From assembly GCA_964493715.1 (NCBI GenBank), contig CAZBPC010000022.1:1-42058 (forward strand): a stretch of 42,058 nt of DNA. Reading direction: 5' to 3'. Shown here one piece after another: positions 1 to 9,594 of the stretch. The DNA comes from an uncultured archaeon. GTDB taxonomy: Archaea; Asgardarchaeota; Lokiarchaeia; Sigyniarchaeales; SOKP01. The notes under the pieces are model-generated. The model worked only from the letters and a program-made list of their open reading frames with translations, was not told the DNA's origin and did no database searches. Each line of letters opens with the position of its first letter. Within the stretch, counting starts at the first letter, position 1. A program made the position numbers and the translations under genes.

Positions 1-61
1 ATTTGGGAAATTTCTTATAAGTTGATTGTAAATAATCAAGTGCTTCCAAAAACTTATTTCT

Positions 62-1381
62 TCATCCTAAACTCGGATCCAAGACTCTACTATAAGTTAT
101 ATTCAGATTTGTGAAACTTGATTGAGCTGCTGAAAGACTATCGAAATATTGAACCATAATCGAGTCATCATACATTGATGAATAATTCCCCTCAATGAAT
201 TGATATTTCATGTATTTAGGGGAAGGTCGGTTAACATCAAAAAATTGGGTTAATTGTATAATTCCTGAATTATTGTCCCCTTGCTCATAATACATGTAAT
301 CACCACCAAGTCTCGTGTAACCTTCGACAGGGACGTACTTTGAATCGTAGAATACCCCAACCATGCTCGAATTAAAAGGTAACCCCGTATTGACATCCTT
401 ATAAAAAGTGTCACGACTCGTTTTATTTATATTAAGAATGTTTAGGATTGATCCATCAAAAGAATACCACCCTGTGAGATGATGAGAACTGTTTAATTCA
501 AACCAACCAGCTTTGTAAAACCATGAACCAAAAATAGAGTGATTCGTATTTATATCATAGGAAGTCCGATTTATGCTTGCATCTGGGTAAAGCCCACTTA
601 ATTTTTCCGCATTATATTGAAGCGAAAAATAGCTATCGATTTCTGATCTTGCACTATTAGTAAAATACCAATAAGGATTGACTGGGTTGACCAAGGGTCC
701 CTCTGTTATTCCTGGACCAAAATTGAAAACCGTATCATCGATCATGACAAAATCAAGCGCAGCATTAGAATCAGTATAGCCTATGATTGTATTTTTGGAA
801 ACAAATAAGCCCTTAGTATTACCATCAAAAATGTTAGTACTATTAACATCATAAGCATTTTTTAGCGTGACGTTGATTCCCACGTGATCCATTGCTATCC
901 GTTGATAATAGCTTAAAGCAAACGTAGCTTTTACATTAATAGCGATAAGAGATCCATTAATCGTTTCGTAACTTGATGGGTTCCAATCAAGTAGAGTTAA
1001 ATACGTATCTTGTGAAAATCGGATCGGTGAATGTTTTCCTACGTACAAATACCATTTCATTGCTCCAGGAGAATGACCATGGTGAAAATAGTTAGGATAT
1101 GTTTCCATAAATAGACCACTTGCTTCTGGTCTTCCGTTAATAATGGCATTTAATTGAAGTGCTTGCTGCGAGGGATCATTAGTCTTGAATAAATCATCAA
1201 GTGAGACTGGAAAGTAATTCAGATATACTCTTTGGTATGGAGGTGGAGCGAATGGATTTTGATTTTTTTCATTCGATGACGTTAATATTTTTAAGAAAAT
1301 ACCAATTCCTACTACTAGTATTCCTATAAATACAATCGTGATGATAATTTTTTTTTTTGACTTCTTCTTCTCATCACTCAT
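62..1381 (-). CDS. Membrane-anchored, probably extracellular hypothetical protein (Asn/Tyr/Ser-rich)
   Basis: Long ORF. The ATG at 1381 gives MSDEKKKSKKK followed by a hydrophobic helix (IIITIVFIGILVVGIGIFL) and is preferred over the upstream start at 1414. No confident family. Confidence 0.7.
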   Translation of the reverse strand: MSDEKKKSKKKIIITIVFIGILVVGIGIFLKILTSSNEKNQNPFAPPPYQRVYLNYFPVSLDDLFKTNDPSQQALQLNAIINGRPEASGLFMETYPNYFHHGHSPGAMKWYLYVGKHSPIRFSQDTYLTLLDWNPSSYETINGSLIAINVKATFALSYYQRIAMDHVGINVTLKNAYDVNSTNIFDGNTKGLFVSKNTIIGYTDSNAALDFVMIDDTVFNFGPGITEGPLVNPVNPYWYFTNSARSEIDSYFSLQYNAEKLSGLYPDASINRTSYDINTNHSIFGSWFYKAGWFELNSSHHLTGWYSFDGSILNILNINKTSRDTFYKDVNTGLPFNSSMVGVFYDSKYVPVEGYTRLGGDYMYYEQGDNNSGIIQLTQFFDVNRPSPKYMKYQFIEGNYSSMYDDSIMVQYFDSLSAAQSSFTNLNITYSRVLDPSLG

Positions 1382-1493
1382 TAAAAATGAACTTAGAATG
1401 ATCAGTTTAAACATTATTCCTTTACTTTTATAGTACTTTCATTTTTAAAAGAAGAGCGTTAATTTAATTATATAAATTTTAATAGAAATCATC

Positions 1494-1688
1494 ATGAATA
1501 TAGACAATAAACACGAAAGAAATCAAATTTTAATGATACTATTTTTTGGAGTCTTAATGGGAGCATTAGATATAGCGATAATAGGTCCAGCGTGACCTGC
1601 TATAAAGACTACTTTTAATCTCACCACTAGAATTGAAGCGTGGATCTTTAGTATTTACGTCTTATTTAACATTAATTTATTAGTATAG
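1494..1688 (+). pseudogene. 5' remnant of a DHA2/EmrB-QacA-type MFS transporter with an internal stop
   Basis: Manual translation: MNIDNKHERNQILMILFFGVLMGALDIAIIGPA*PAIKTTFNLTTRIEAWIFSIYVLFNINLLV*. This matches the TM1 motif LDxxIvxxALPxI and the TM2 WxxxxYxL. TGA at 1593-1595 replaces the conserved Leu, and the rest of the gene is absent. Confidence 0.75.
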
Positions 1689-1925
1689 TAATTTTAGGTT
1701 TACAAATTAATAAATCTACATGTATAAATTGATTCTTTTATCATTACTATTTAATAATATTCGATTTTGAATGGGGGGTTAAAGATGGGAAATTGATTGA
1801 GAAATGTTTAATAACAGTTCTTATTTACTAAATCTTGCACATTTTTAAGTTTAAATTGAAAGATTTAAAGTGTAAAATGACTCATTCAATTCATGTGAAA
1901 ATTGATAAAAAATCGGTTAAAAATT

Positions 1926-3854
1926 ATGGGAAAGACATTAACAGAAAAAGTAATAGAAGAACATCTGATTGAGGGCACTTTAGAAAGAGGATCTGATATC
2001 TCTATCAAAATTGATCAAACTCTCACACAAGATGCAACCGGAACTATGGCTTATCTTCAATTTGAAGCAATCGGAATAGATCGAATACAAACTGAACTCT
2101 CGGTAAGCTATGTAGATCATAATACCCTCCAAACAGACTTTAAAAATCCAGACGACCATAGATATCTCCAAAGTATTGCTGCAAAATATGGACTCTATTT
2201 TTCTCGTCCCGGTAATGGCATTTGCCATCAATTGCATCTAGAGCGTTTTGCTAGACCGGGAAAAACGCTCTTAGGAAGCGATAGTCATACACCAACGGGA
2301 GGAGGTGTTGCAAGCATCTCAATTGGAGCAGGCGGATTGGATGTTGCGGCCGCGATGGCCGGAGATTCTTTCAGGTTAAAAATGCCAAAAATTGTAAAAG
2401 TTCACCTCACCGGAAAGCTTCCTGATTTTGTTTCTGCTAAAGATATTATTCTCGAAGTGTTGCGAAGGATCGGAGTAAAGGGAGGAGTAAATAAAGTCCT
2501 CGAATATACTGGTCCAGGTATAAAAAGTCTTTCTGTTCCAGAAAGAGGGACAATAACAAATATGGGTACTGAAACTGGAGCTACTACATCGATCTTTCCT
2601 TCGGATGAGATTACAAAACAGTTTTTAGAATCACAAGAAAGAGGAGAACAATGGGTTGAGTTAAAAGCAGATGATGATGCAGTATATGATGAGACAATCG
2701 AAATTGATTTAAATAAACTTGAGCCTCTCATTGCTGAACCTCATAGTCCTGGTAAAGTTAAAACGGTAAAGGAACTTGAAGGATTAAAAGTAGATCAAGT
2801 ATGCATTGGGAGTTGTACGAACTCTTCTCTTCGCGATCTCAAGATCACGGCAAATATATTGAAGGGAAAGACTATAAGTCAAAATACCGTGCTTACGGTA
2901 TCAGCAGGTTCCAGACAAGTAGTAGATCATTTAATTCATTCCGGAGAATTTGTTTATTTAATTGAAGCAGGAGCTAGAATATTGGAAAACGCTTGTGGTC
3001 CATGTATAGGAATGGGACTTGCTCCACGTTCAGATGCCGTCTCTCTAAGGACTTTCAATAGAAACTTTCTCGGTAGAAGCGGAACTCAGAGTGCACAAGT
3101 CTATTTAGTTAGTCCTGAAACTGCTGCTGTATCTGCAATCGAAGGGAAAATTAAGGATCCAAGGACTTTTGGAAAATATCCGAAATTTGACATGCCAAAG
3201 AATTTCAAAGTAAATGACAATATGATAATTCCTCCCTTAACCCCAGAAGAAGCAAGAAAGGTGGAAATTGTTAGAGGGCCAAACATCAAACCTTTACCCG
3301 AATTCAATCCATTACCAAATAAATTAACTGGGGAAGTTCTCCTAAAAGTTGAAGATGATATTACAACAGATCATATCATGCCTGCTGGTGCTGAAATTCT
3401 ACCTTTTCGTTCCAATATACCTGAAATCAGTAAATATGTTTTTAAGGCCATTGATGAAAGCTTTCCCGAGAGATCTTTGGCAAAAGGAGGTGGATTCATT
3501 ATTGGTGGAGACAATTATGGTCAGGGTTCATCTCGAGAACATGCTGCTATAGCTCCAAAATATTTAGGTATTAAAGCTGTTATCGTGAAAAGTTTCGCTA
3601 GGATTCATCTTGCTAATTTAGTCAATTTTGGAATTGTTCCTTTAACTTTTGTTAATAAGGATAATTATGGAAAAGTTGAACCTGGTGATAAGATAGAGAT
3701 CGATTTAACAACCATTAAATCTGGAAAGGTAAACATGAAAAATCTTACAAAAGGGTTAGATATCGAATTAACTCATTCTTTAAGCGGACAAGACCTTGAA
3801 GAATTAATGGCAGGGGGAAAGCTTACCCTGATTAAACAAAAACATATGAAATGA
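1926..3854 (+). CDS. acn: Aconitate hydratase (aconitase family, ~640 aa single-chain type)
   Basis: Motifs QDATGT, DHN, GICHQ, GSDSHT, IGSCTN, CGPCIG, TFNRNF, TTDHI and GQGSSREHA. ATG at 1926 (MGKTLTEK) is preferred over TTG at 1902. Confidence 0.9.
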   Translation: MGKTLTEKVIEEHLIEGTLERGSDISIKIDQTLTQDATGTMAYLQFEAIGIDRIQTELSVSYVDHNTLQTDFKNPDDHRYLQSIAAKYGLYFSRPGNGICHQLHLERFARPGKTLLGSDSHTPTGGGVASISIGAGGLDVAAAMAGDSFRLKMPKIVKVHLTGKLPDFVSAKDIILEVLRRIGVKGGVNKVLEYTGPGIKSLSVPERGTITNMGTETGATTSIFPSDEITKQFLESQERGEQWVELKADDDAVYDETIEIDLNKLEPLIAEPHSPGKVKTVKELEGLKVDQVCIGSCTNSSLRDLKITANILKGKTISQNTVLTVSAGSRQVVDHLIHSGEFVYLIEAGARILENACGPCIGMGLAPRSDAVSLRTFNRNFLGRSGTQSAQVYLVSPETAAVSAIEGKIKDPRTFGKYPKFDMPKNFKVNDNMIIPPLTPEEARKVEIVRGPNIKPLPEFNPLPNKLTGEVLLKVEDDITTDHIMPAGAEILPFRSNIPEISKYVFKAIDESFPERSLAKGGGFIIGGDNYGQGSSREHAAIAPKYLGIKAVIVKSFARIHLANLVNFGIVPLTFVNKDNYGKVEPGDKIEIDLTTIKSGKVNMKNLTKGLDIELTHSLSGQDLEELMAGGKLTLIKQKHMK

Positions 3855-3984
3855 TCTAGAAATTCTATTTCTTTTTTATTATTTAGTTTTAAATTACTTC
3901 TCTAAAATGGTATTCCATATTATTTAAATAAGCATATTACTTCTTTCTATTTAGAGTCCAATAATAAGATGGTAAATATCTCTT

Positions 3985-4524
3985 ATGATTGAGAAAGAAT
4001 CCAAGCAAAAGAAGATTTCGACAATCTTAATAATTGGGATAATCTTTTCATTTCTTGGAGTATCCATTATAAGTATCCCGTTCCCAAATACAGTTGTGAT
4101 TGAGAACTTAGGACAATTTGGTATAGCAAAAGGTGTAAACTATATTGTACATTATAATTATCCAACGTTTTCACATGATCAAGAACTGTTTATTAATCTA
4201 GGAGCAGTTAACAGTTCTTTTACAATAATAGTACTTGATGATGACGAATTAGGAATTTGGATTAATGAAGAAGGAGGATATCTCCCTTATTACTGGGAGC
4301 AGAATATTAGTGCCGTCTATAAAAGCTTGTATCTAAATCAACCTTTTATTGGTAATATAAATATTCTTATAACTGCTGAAACTTCATTAAAAATATATGG
4401 GACAATTCAAACAAGCTTCTCATCTCACTATGTTATAGTAGGGTCAATACCTTTAATAATTGGAGTTATTTTAGTTTTATATTTAGTACTACAAAAGTAC
4501 AAAATTAAAAAACCTATGAGATAA
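3985..4524 (+). CDS. Hypothetical membrane protein (N- and C-terminal TM helices flanking a beta-rich domain)
   Basis: 179 aa ORF with two hydrophobic segments. Confidence 0.7.
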   Translation: MIEKESKQKKISTILIIGIIFSFLGVSIISIPFPNTVVIENLGQFGIAKGVNYIVHYNYPTFSHDQELFINLGAVNSSFTIIVLDDDELGIWINEEGGYLPYYWEQNISAVYKSLYLNQPFIGNINILITAETSLKIYGTIQTSFSSHYVIVGSIPLIIGVILVLYLVLQKYKIKKPMR

Positions 4525-4525
4525 A

Positions 4526-7207
4526 CTAAATGTTATCTTTAGTTAAATTAACTACTAAAGGTCCCATATTAGAAGGAATATTAATTTCTATAAATCCATC
4601 AGGATCTTCATTACTTTGAAGATCTACTATATATATTCTATTATTTAGATAAATTTTAGAGCGTTCATTCCACCATTTTGGCTTTTTGATTTTAATCTTA
4701 TAATCTAATTCAGCAGTAATATTGTACCATAAAATTAATTGTTCTAAATCCAATTCTAATGAAATTAAAGGAGATTTAAAAGAAAATCCTTGATGTAAAA
4801 TATTCGGATCAATGATAAGACCCAAAAAGTCTGCTTCAATTCCTGCTATTTTTATTATACTTAATAAATAGCTAGCATGAGCATTCATGTTCATTATTGG
4901 AAAGTCACACATTGGAGTTGCAAAATGATAGAAAGCCTGTCCTGCATTTTCAGAATAATCTGCGATGTAAGAATCAGGTGCGCTCCAAATTCCATACCAC
5001 ATTCTTGGATAAATTTCTGCTCTTTTTGCTAAAGAATTTTTTATTATTGAATTAAAGGCTTTTTTTTTATCATATTTCGAATATCCCCATGTAAGTAAAG
5101 CATTCATCGCGTGCCATATACCTCCATTCACATCCCATCCTTTAGGAAGAATATTTAAATATGTCTTTTGAGGCGGATAGCTAATATATTGACCAATGGA
5201 AGAGGGAATATCTAACGTATTATAAATTTGGTCAATTAAATTGAAAGCACTCTCACTATCTAAAATTTTTGAAATTAATAACCATGCATGATGCTCTAAA
5301 TACAACGATCGATCTCCTATGGGATTTCCTTGACCATCCCAACCCCGGAAAAACCATTTTCCATTGTAGGATTTAAGAACTGCTTGTTTTAATAAGTCAA
5401 GTTTATCTAAGCAGGATTTTACAAACGGTTCATTAGAATCCTTCATCAAATCTAAAACTCTTGGGATTATATAGAGAGCAAAAGTAGAGTTAAAACTTGA
5501 TTCTCCATTCTTTATAAATTTACTTCGGTTCCTTACCATTAAAGAGATTCCATCAGACCAATCTCCATCATTGCACTTTATAAGACCGTGTTCTCCAAAC
5601 CCTACTTTTTCTGAGAATAGATAATCAATCAATAATTTAACTTTCTCAGATACACTTGTTTTAATTCCCTGTGGTTTATCATGAAAAGGAAGTTTTTCTT
5701 CCAAAAATTCAAAATCTCTGGTTAAAGAGAGGTATTGCTCTATGCCCCACAGTAAAAATAGATACAAATCTGAGGGTTTAGAATGAACAAAAACGGAAGA
5801 TAGCTTTCCGTATCCATATAATGAATATGGTAATTTCCCGTCATTAAATATGAGAGATAAATTAAATAGCAGGAATTCTCTTGCGATTGAAGGATTAATT
5901 AAAATAAGAGAATTTAAATAAAGAATAAAATCTCGAATTGAACCATCAATTCCATGTCCAAATAGATAAACTGAACCTTGATATAGTCGATGTTTTTGAT
6001 AATATTCATCATAAAATAAAGCACTTCGGATATAATATGAATGCCATATAGTTTCACGAGAAAGTTGAGGTTCGTTTTTTATGTTTAAATTAATCAATGA
6101 ATTTTTCCAATGATTTGCATTCCATTCCAATATCGATTGATTTGCGACAATTTGCGTGTACTTTTTTACTAAATCTTCAATTTTATCAAGTTCTTCATAC
6201 CCCAAAAGGGTGATAATTTTGTTATTGTCATTATTATATAAATTTAAACTAATTCCTGCCCCCAAGCATAAGTTTCTCTTTTTAAGTCTCCTTAATTCTG
6301 CTTCTGTATCCCAATTTATCGAAATTTCATTTCCCTTGAATAATTTTTTTTTATTTATGAAAAACTTGACTTCAATTTGATTGAGTATCGCTAAAAAGAG
6401 AGGCTTAGGATAATAATCATACTTGTTTGGCTCATTCTTGGCAACTGGTGGTTTTTTTTTATATTTTGGTATTAAAATAATTGTTTTTAATTCTGAATTA
6501 AATGATACAGTATATCTGAATTTCTTAGTAAATCTTCTTCTAGCTGTTTCTGTATCTCTTCTGATTATTTTTAATATGAATTCCACTAATCGTCCAACTA
6601 TGTTTAATAATTTAGACATCCCGAAGCTCTTACGATTTTTCCAAGTTACAATTAATGATTTTAAAAGAGGGTGGATATTTACATCCCACAAATCTATGAT
6701 TTTTATTACATTACCACCCGAATTAGCATTTTCGGTTGAAATTAAAAATTCGGAGATAATTACAGGATCATCTGAAAACGGAGTACAGATACTATGTTGA
6801 ATATCTATACCGTTAAAATTAAATATCTTCTTGAAATATCCCATTCCAAATATTCTCTCAAATTTAGTGTATTTGTTTAAATTATCAACAGTATAGAGAT
6901 CTGAAGAGCATGTTTTTTCGTTCTCAAAATAATATAGCCCTATGCCTCCGCCAAGTTTTCCATGGCGGCTATCTTGGTATGTTAACCATTTAAATCCCCT
7001 AGATCCATCTAAGAATTGAACGTACCCCCCATTATGAGCAGTTGCCATTATTCTATCATTACCTAATTGATGGAAATGATCTGTTGAAAAACCATAAGAA
7101 GTCTTAGTTTTTGCAATCGGATCTGTTAAATGATTACATTTATAATTATAAGCAGGTAATCCATGTTTATCAGTAATCCATTCGCCAAAATAGCCATTTC
7201 CTATCAT
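4526..7207 (-). CDS. GH94-like glycoside phosphorylase/hydrolase (cellobiose phosphorylase-like fold)
   Basis: GEHGLIKCNDGDWSDG resembles the GH94 GxHGLPxxxxGDWND motif. GES, WFFRGW, NGGIWH and SDLYLFLLW motifs fit the (alpha/alpha)6 barrel. Confidence 0.7.
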   Translation of the reverse strand: MIGNGYFGEWITDKHGLPAYNYKCNHLTDPIAKTKTSYGFSTDHFHQLGNDRIMATAHNGGYVQFLDGSRGFKWLTYQDSRHGKLGGGIGLYYFENEKTCSSDLYTVDNLNKYTKFERIFGMGYFKKIFNFNGIDIQHSICTPFSDDPVIISEFLISTENANSGGNVIKIIDLWDVNIHPLLKSLIVTWKNRKSFGMSKLLNIVGRLVEFILKIIRRDTETARRRFTKKFRYTVSFNSELKTIILIPKYKKKPPVAKNEPNKYDYYPKPLFLAILNQIEVKFFINKKKLFKGNEISINWDTEAELRRLKKRNLCLGAGISLNLYNNDNNKIITLLGYEELDKIEDLVKKYTQIVANQSILEWNANHWKNSLINLNIKNEPQLSRETIWHSYYIRSALFYDEYYQKHRLYQGSVYLFGHGIDGSIRDFILYLNSLILINPSIAREFLLFNLSLIFNDGKLPYSLYGYGKLSSVFVHSKPSDLYLFLLWGIEQYLSLTRDFEFLEEKLPFHDKPQGIKTSVSEKVKLLIDYLFSEKVGFGEHGLIKCNDGDWSDGISLMVRNRSKFIKNGESSFNSTFALYIIPRVLDLMKDSNEPFVKSCLDKLDLLKQAVLKSYNGKWFFRGWDGQGNPIGDRSLYLEHHAWLLISKILDSESAFNLIDQIYNTLDIPSSIGQYISYPPQKTYLNILPKGWDVNGGIWHAMNALLTWGYSKYDKKKAFNSIIKNSLAKRAEIYPRMWYGIWSAPDSYIADYSENAGQAFYHFATPMCDFPIMNMNAHASYLLSIIKIAGIEADFLGLIIDPNILHQGFSFKSPLISLELDLEQLILWYNITAELDYKIKIKKPKWWNERSKIYLNNRIYIVDLQSNEDPDGFIEINIPSNMGPLVVNLTKDNI

Positions 7208-7337
7208 TATGAGATCTAAAAAGAAAGTATTGAATTTTTTATTTGTAGAAGATTATTCAAAATTTAAAAATCGAATTGATTTAATACTATTAATTAAATC
7301 TGATTATTTTAATTATATTTATTATTATCAATACTTA

Positions 7338-8099
7338 ATGCCTGATTCTGGATATAAAGTTGATCCTAAAACAAGATTTTCTTCTAGAGTAGAAAATTAT
7401 ATTAAATATCGCCCTAGATATCCTAATGAGATTATAACCTTTCTTATTGAAAAAGAAATCCTTAAAACGGATTCTATTATTGCCGATATCGGTTCTGGAA
7501 CCGGAATATTAAGTGAATTATTCCTAAAGAATGGAAACATGGTATATGGAGTAGAACCCAATGATGAGATGCGGAGAGCTGGCGAGAGATTACTAAAAAA
7601 TTATCCGAACTTTATTAGTTTAAATGGATCTGCAGAATCAACAAAATTAAAATATCATGCTATTGATCTAATTACTGCAGGGCAAGCTTTTCACTGGTTT
7701 AAACTTGCTGAAACTAAATTTGAGTTTAAAAGAATTCTAAAACCTAAAGGTTACGTTATTTTATGTTGGAATAATCGAAGAAAAGAAGGGACCAATTTTT
7801 CTTCCGATTATGAAAAATTTATTTTGAAATATGGAACTGATTATGAAGAAGTAAGGAAGAATGAGAAAAATATTGATCAATTCTTTAAGTATGATAAAAC
7901 TACATTTTATACTTATCAGGAGTTGGATTTTGAAAGTTTAAAAGGAAGATTACTCTCAGTATCATATATTCCACAGGAGGATAGCCCTCTTTTCATTCAA
8001 ATGTTAAATGAATTAAAAGAACTTTATAACAAATACCAAAATAAGGAGTTAATAAGAATTGAATATGATACTGAAATTTATTATGGTCAGTTAAACTAA
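7338..8099 (+). CDS. Class I SAM-dependent methyltransferase (Methyltransf_11-like)
   Basis: RFSSRVENYIKYRPRYP, ADIGSGTG, GVEPN, AGQAFHWF, RILKPKG. ATG at 7338 is preferred because a start at 7209 would leave no promoter space between divergent genes. Confidence 0.85.
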   Translation: MPDSGYKVDPKTRFSSRVENYIKYRPRYPNEIITFLIEKEILKTDSIIADIGSGTGILSELFLKNGNMVYGVEPNDEMRRAGERLLKNYPNFISLNGSAESTKLKYHAIDLITAGQAFHWFKLAETKFEFKRILKPKGYVILCWNNRRKEGTNFSSDYEKFILKYGTDYEEVRKNEKNIDQFFKYDKTTFYTYQELDFESLKGRLLSVSYIPQEDSPLFIQMLNELKELYNKYQNKELIRIEYDTEIYYGQLN

Positions 8100-8231
8100 A
8101 GTATCACTATTAGAGACAGCACTTTACGTTTTTACTTTTTATTATAATTCTTTAAAATTATAGAGACCAAAATAGTTTTATAGAAAAAATTAAGTATTAA
8201 AGTATACTAAAAAAATTCATTTTTTTTGATT

Positions 8232-8534
8232 ATGGAAGAGATAACCCCAGAAAAAAAAATTGCTAGAATCGAGCAAGTATATGCAGTAGGAGGATCTTTT
8301 ACTGAACCTTCAGATTTTGTCCAAGCAGTCAATAGAAATCTCCAAATTTTACAAACTAGTGATAAATATTGCCATATTAAAGATATTAAGTTTAATATAT
8401 TCAATGACAATCGTTATGCTAACGCAGTTCCTATTTATCTCGCATTTATTAGAGCAGATGTCGATGTGGATGTTACTCCTGAACCAGAATTTAAGAAAAA
8501 GAAAAGCAGAAGACGAAAAAAAAATAAAAAATAA
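8232..8534 (+). CDS. Small hypothetical protein with a highly basic C-terminal tail
   Basis: About 100 aa ORF from ATG at 8232, ending KKKKSRRRKKNKK. Confidence 0.55.
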   Translation: MEEITPEKKIARIEQVYAVGGSFTEPSDFVQAVNRNLQILQTSDKYCHIKDIKFNIFNDNRYANAVPIYLAFIRADVDVDVTPEPEFKKKKSRRRKKNKK

Positions 8535-8541
8535 TCACATC

Positions 8542-9594
8542 TTAAACTAAAATCGCAGAATTAATTTCGGATATATTTTTACAATTAGTGATCTTCATTG
8601 CTTTAATAAGAGTTTTCTGCATGTATTCCATGTGGATCCTTACACCCTCTATTCCAGCTCCTACGGCCGCTCTTACGATATCCCTTCCAATCAACACGGC
8701 TTCAGCTCCTAATGCTAGAGCCTTTATCACATCATACCCCGTTCTTACCCCTCCATCTAACAAAATCCTTATTTTTCCTTTCATCTGAGCAGCAATCTCA
8801 GGTAAAACATCTAAACTACCAGGGGTATGATCTAAAACTCTCCCTCCGTGATTTGATATAACAATTGCAGCTGCTCCTGCTTGATATGCCAATTCAGCAT
8901 CTCCAGCACACATAATGCCCTTAACAATAACGGGAAGCTTTGTAGAAGCGATTAATTCCTTTAAATCATCAAAATTTTTTCGAAATACCGGTATATTATG
9001 AGATGACATTGCAAATGATTCGCACCCATCTATATCAATACCAACGGCTATGCAACCTATTTCCTCTGCCTTCTTGAAAAATTTCATTATGGTTTCTTGA
9101 TCTCTAGGTTTTACTATTTTTACACCCCAACCATTTGCTTCTGTGATAGCATCAATTCCATATGAGTTTTCTAGAGAATAAGTGTAAGAATCGCCTCGCC
9201 AACCTAAAGTTCCAGCCAACTTAGAACCTAGGACTACTGAACGACAAAATTCCTTTTCTGAAATGACAGATTCCCCTCCAAAACTATTAACACCCGCAAC
9301 ACTCGCTGCCATTACTGGTAATGATAATTTATTGCCAAAAAAATTATAGGAAGTATCTGGTTCAAAATGATCTCCGATTAATTTCATCTTTAATTCGTAT
9401 TTCCTGAAAGCTAAAAAATTATTATGAAAACTTGTTCCACTTCCAATGCCTCCAAACTGAAGGTATTTTCCGTAACTTTGACCTTGACAGATTCTCATTG
9501 GAGAGCCATCACAATCCTTATATACCCCACAGATACCCATTAACTTCTTCCTTGCTTCATCTCTCACGTCTTCTAAATTCATTTTAATCTTCAT
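8542..9594 (-). CDS. FMN-dependent alpha-hydroxy-acid dehydrogenase/oxidase (LldD/glycolate oxidase family)
   Basis: LPVIVKGI, ISNHGGR and DGGVRTGYDVIKALALGA motifs. The start overlaps the fumC stop (ATGA). Confidence 0.9.
   Translation of the reverse strand: MKIKMNLEDVRDEARKKLMGICGVYKDCDGSPMRICQGQSYGKYLQFGGIGSGTSFHNNFLAFRKYELKMKLIGDHFEPDTSYNFFGNKLSLPVMAASVAGVNSFGGESVISEKEFCRSVVLGSKLAGTLGWRGDSYTYSLENSYGIDAITEANGWGVKIVKPRDQETIMKFFKKAEEIGCIAVGIDIDGCESFAMSSHNIPVFRKNFDDLKELIASTKLPVIVKGIMCAGDAELAYQAGAAAIVISNHGGRVLDHTPGSLDVLPEIAAQMKGKIRILLDGGVRTGYDVIKALALGAEAVLIGRDIVRAAVGAGIEGVRIHMEYMQKTLIKAMKITNCKNISEINSAILV

Noticed and set aside
1593-1595. In-frame TGA codons (here and at 30433) as selenocysteine or genetic-code reassignment
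   Set aside because: They align to Leu and Gly rather than Cys, both frames end shortly afterwards, and TGA terminates intact genes (aconitase, icd, fumC).
7209-7337. 43-aa N-terminal extension of the methyltransferase
   Set aside because: It is low-complexity AT-rich sequence starting 2 bp from the divergent gene's start, and family similarity begins after ATG 7338.
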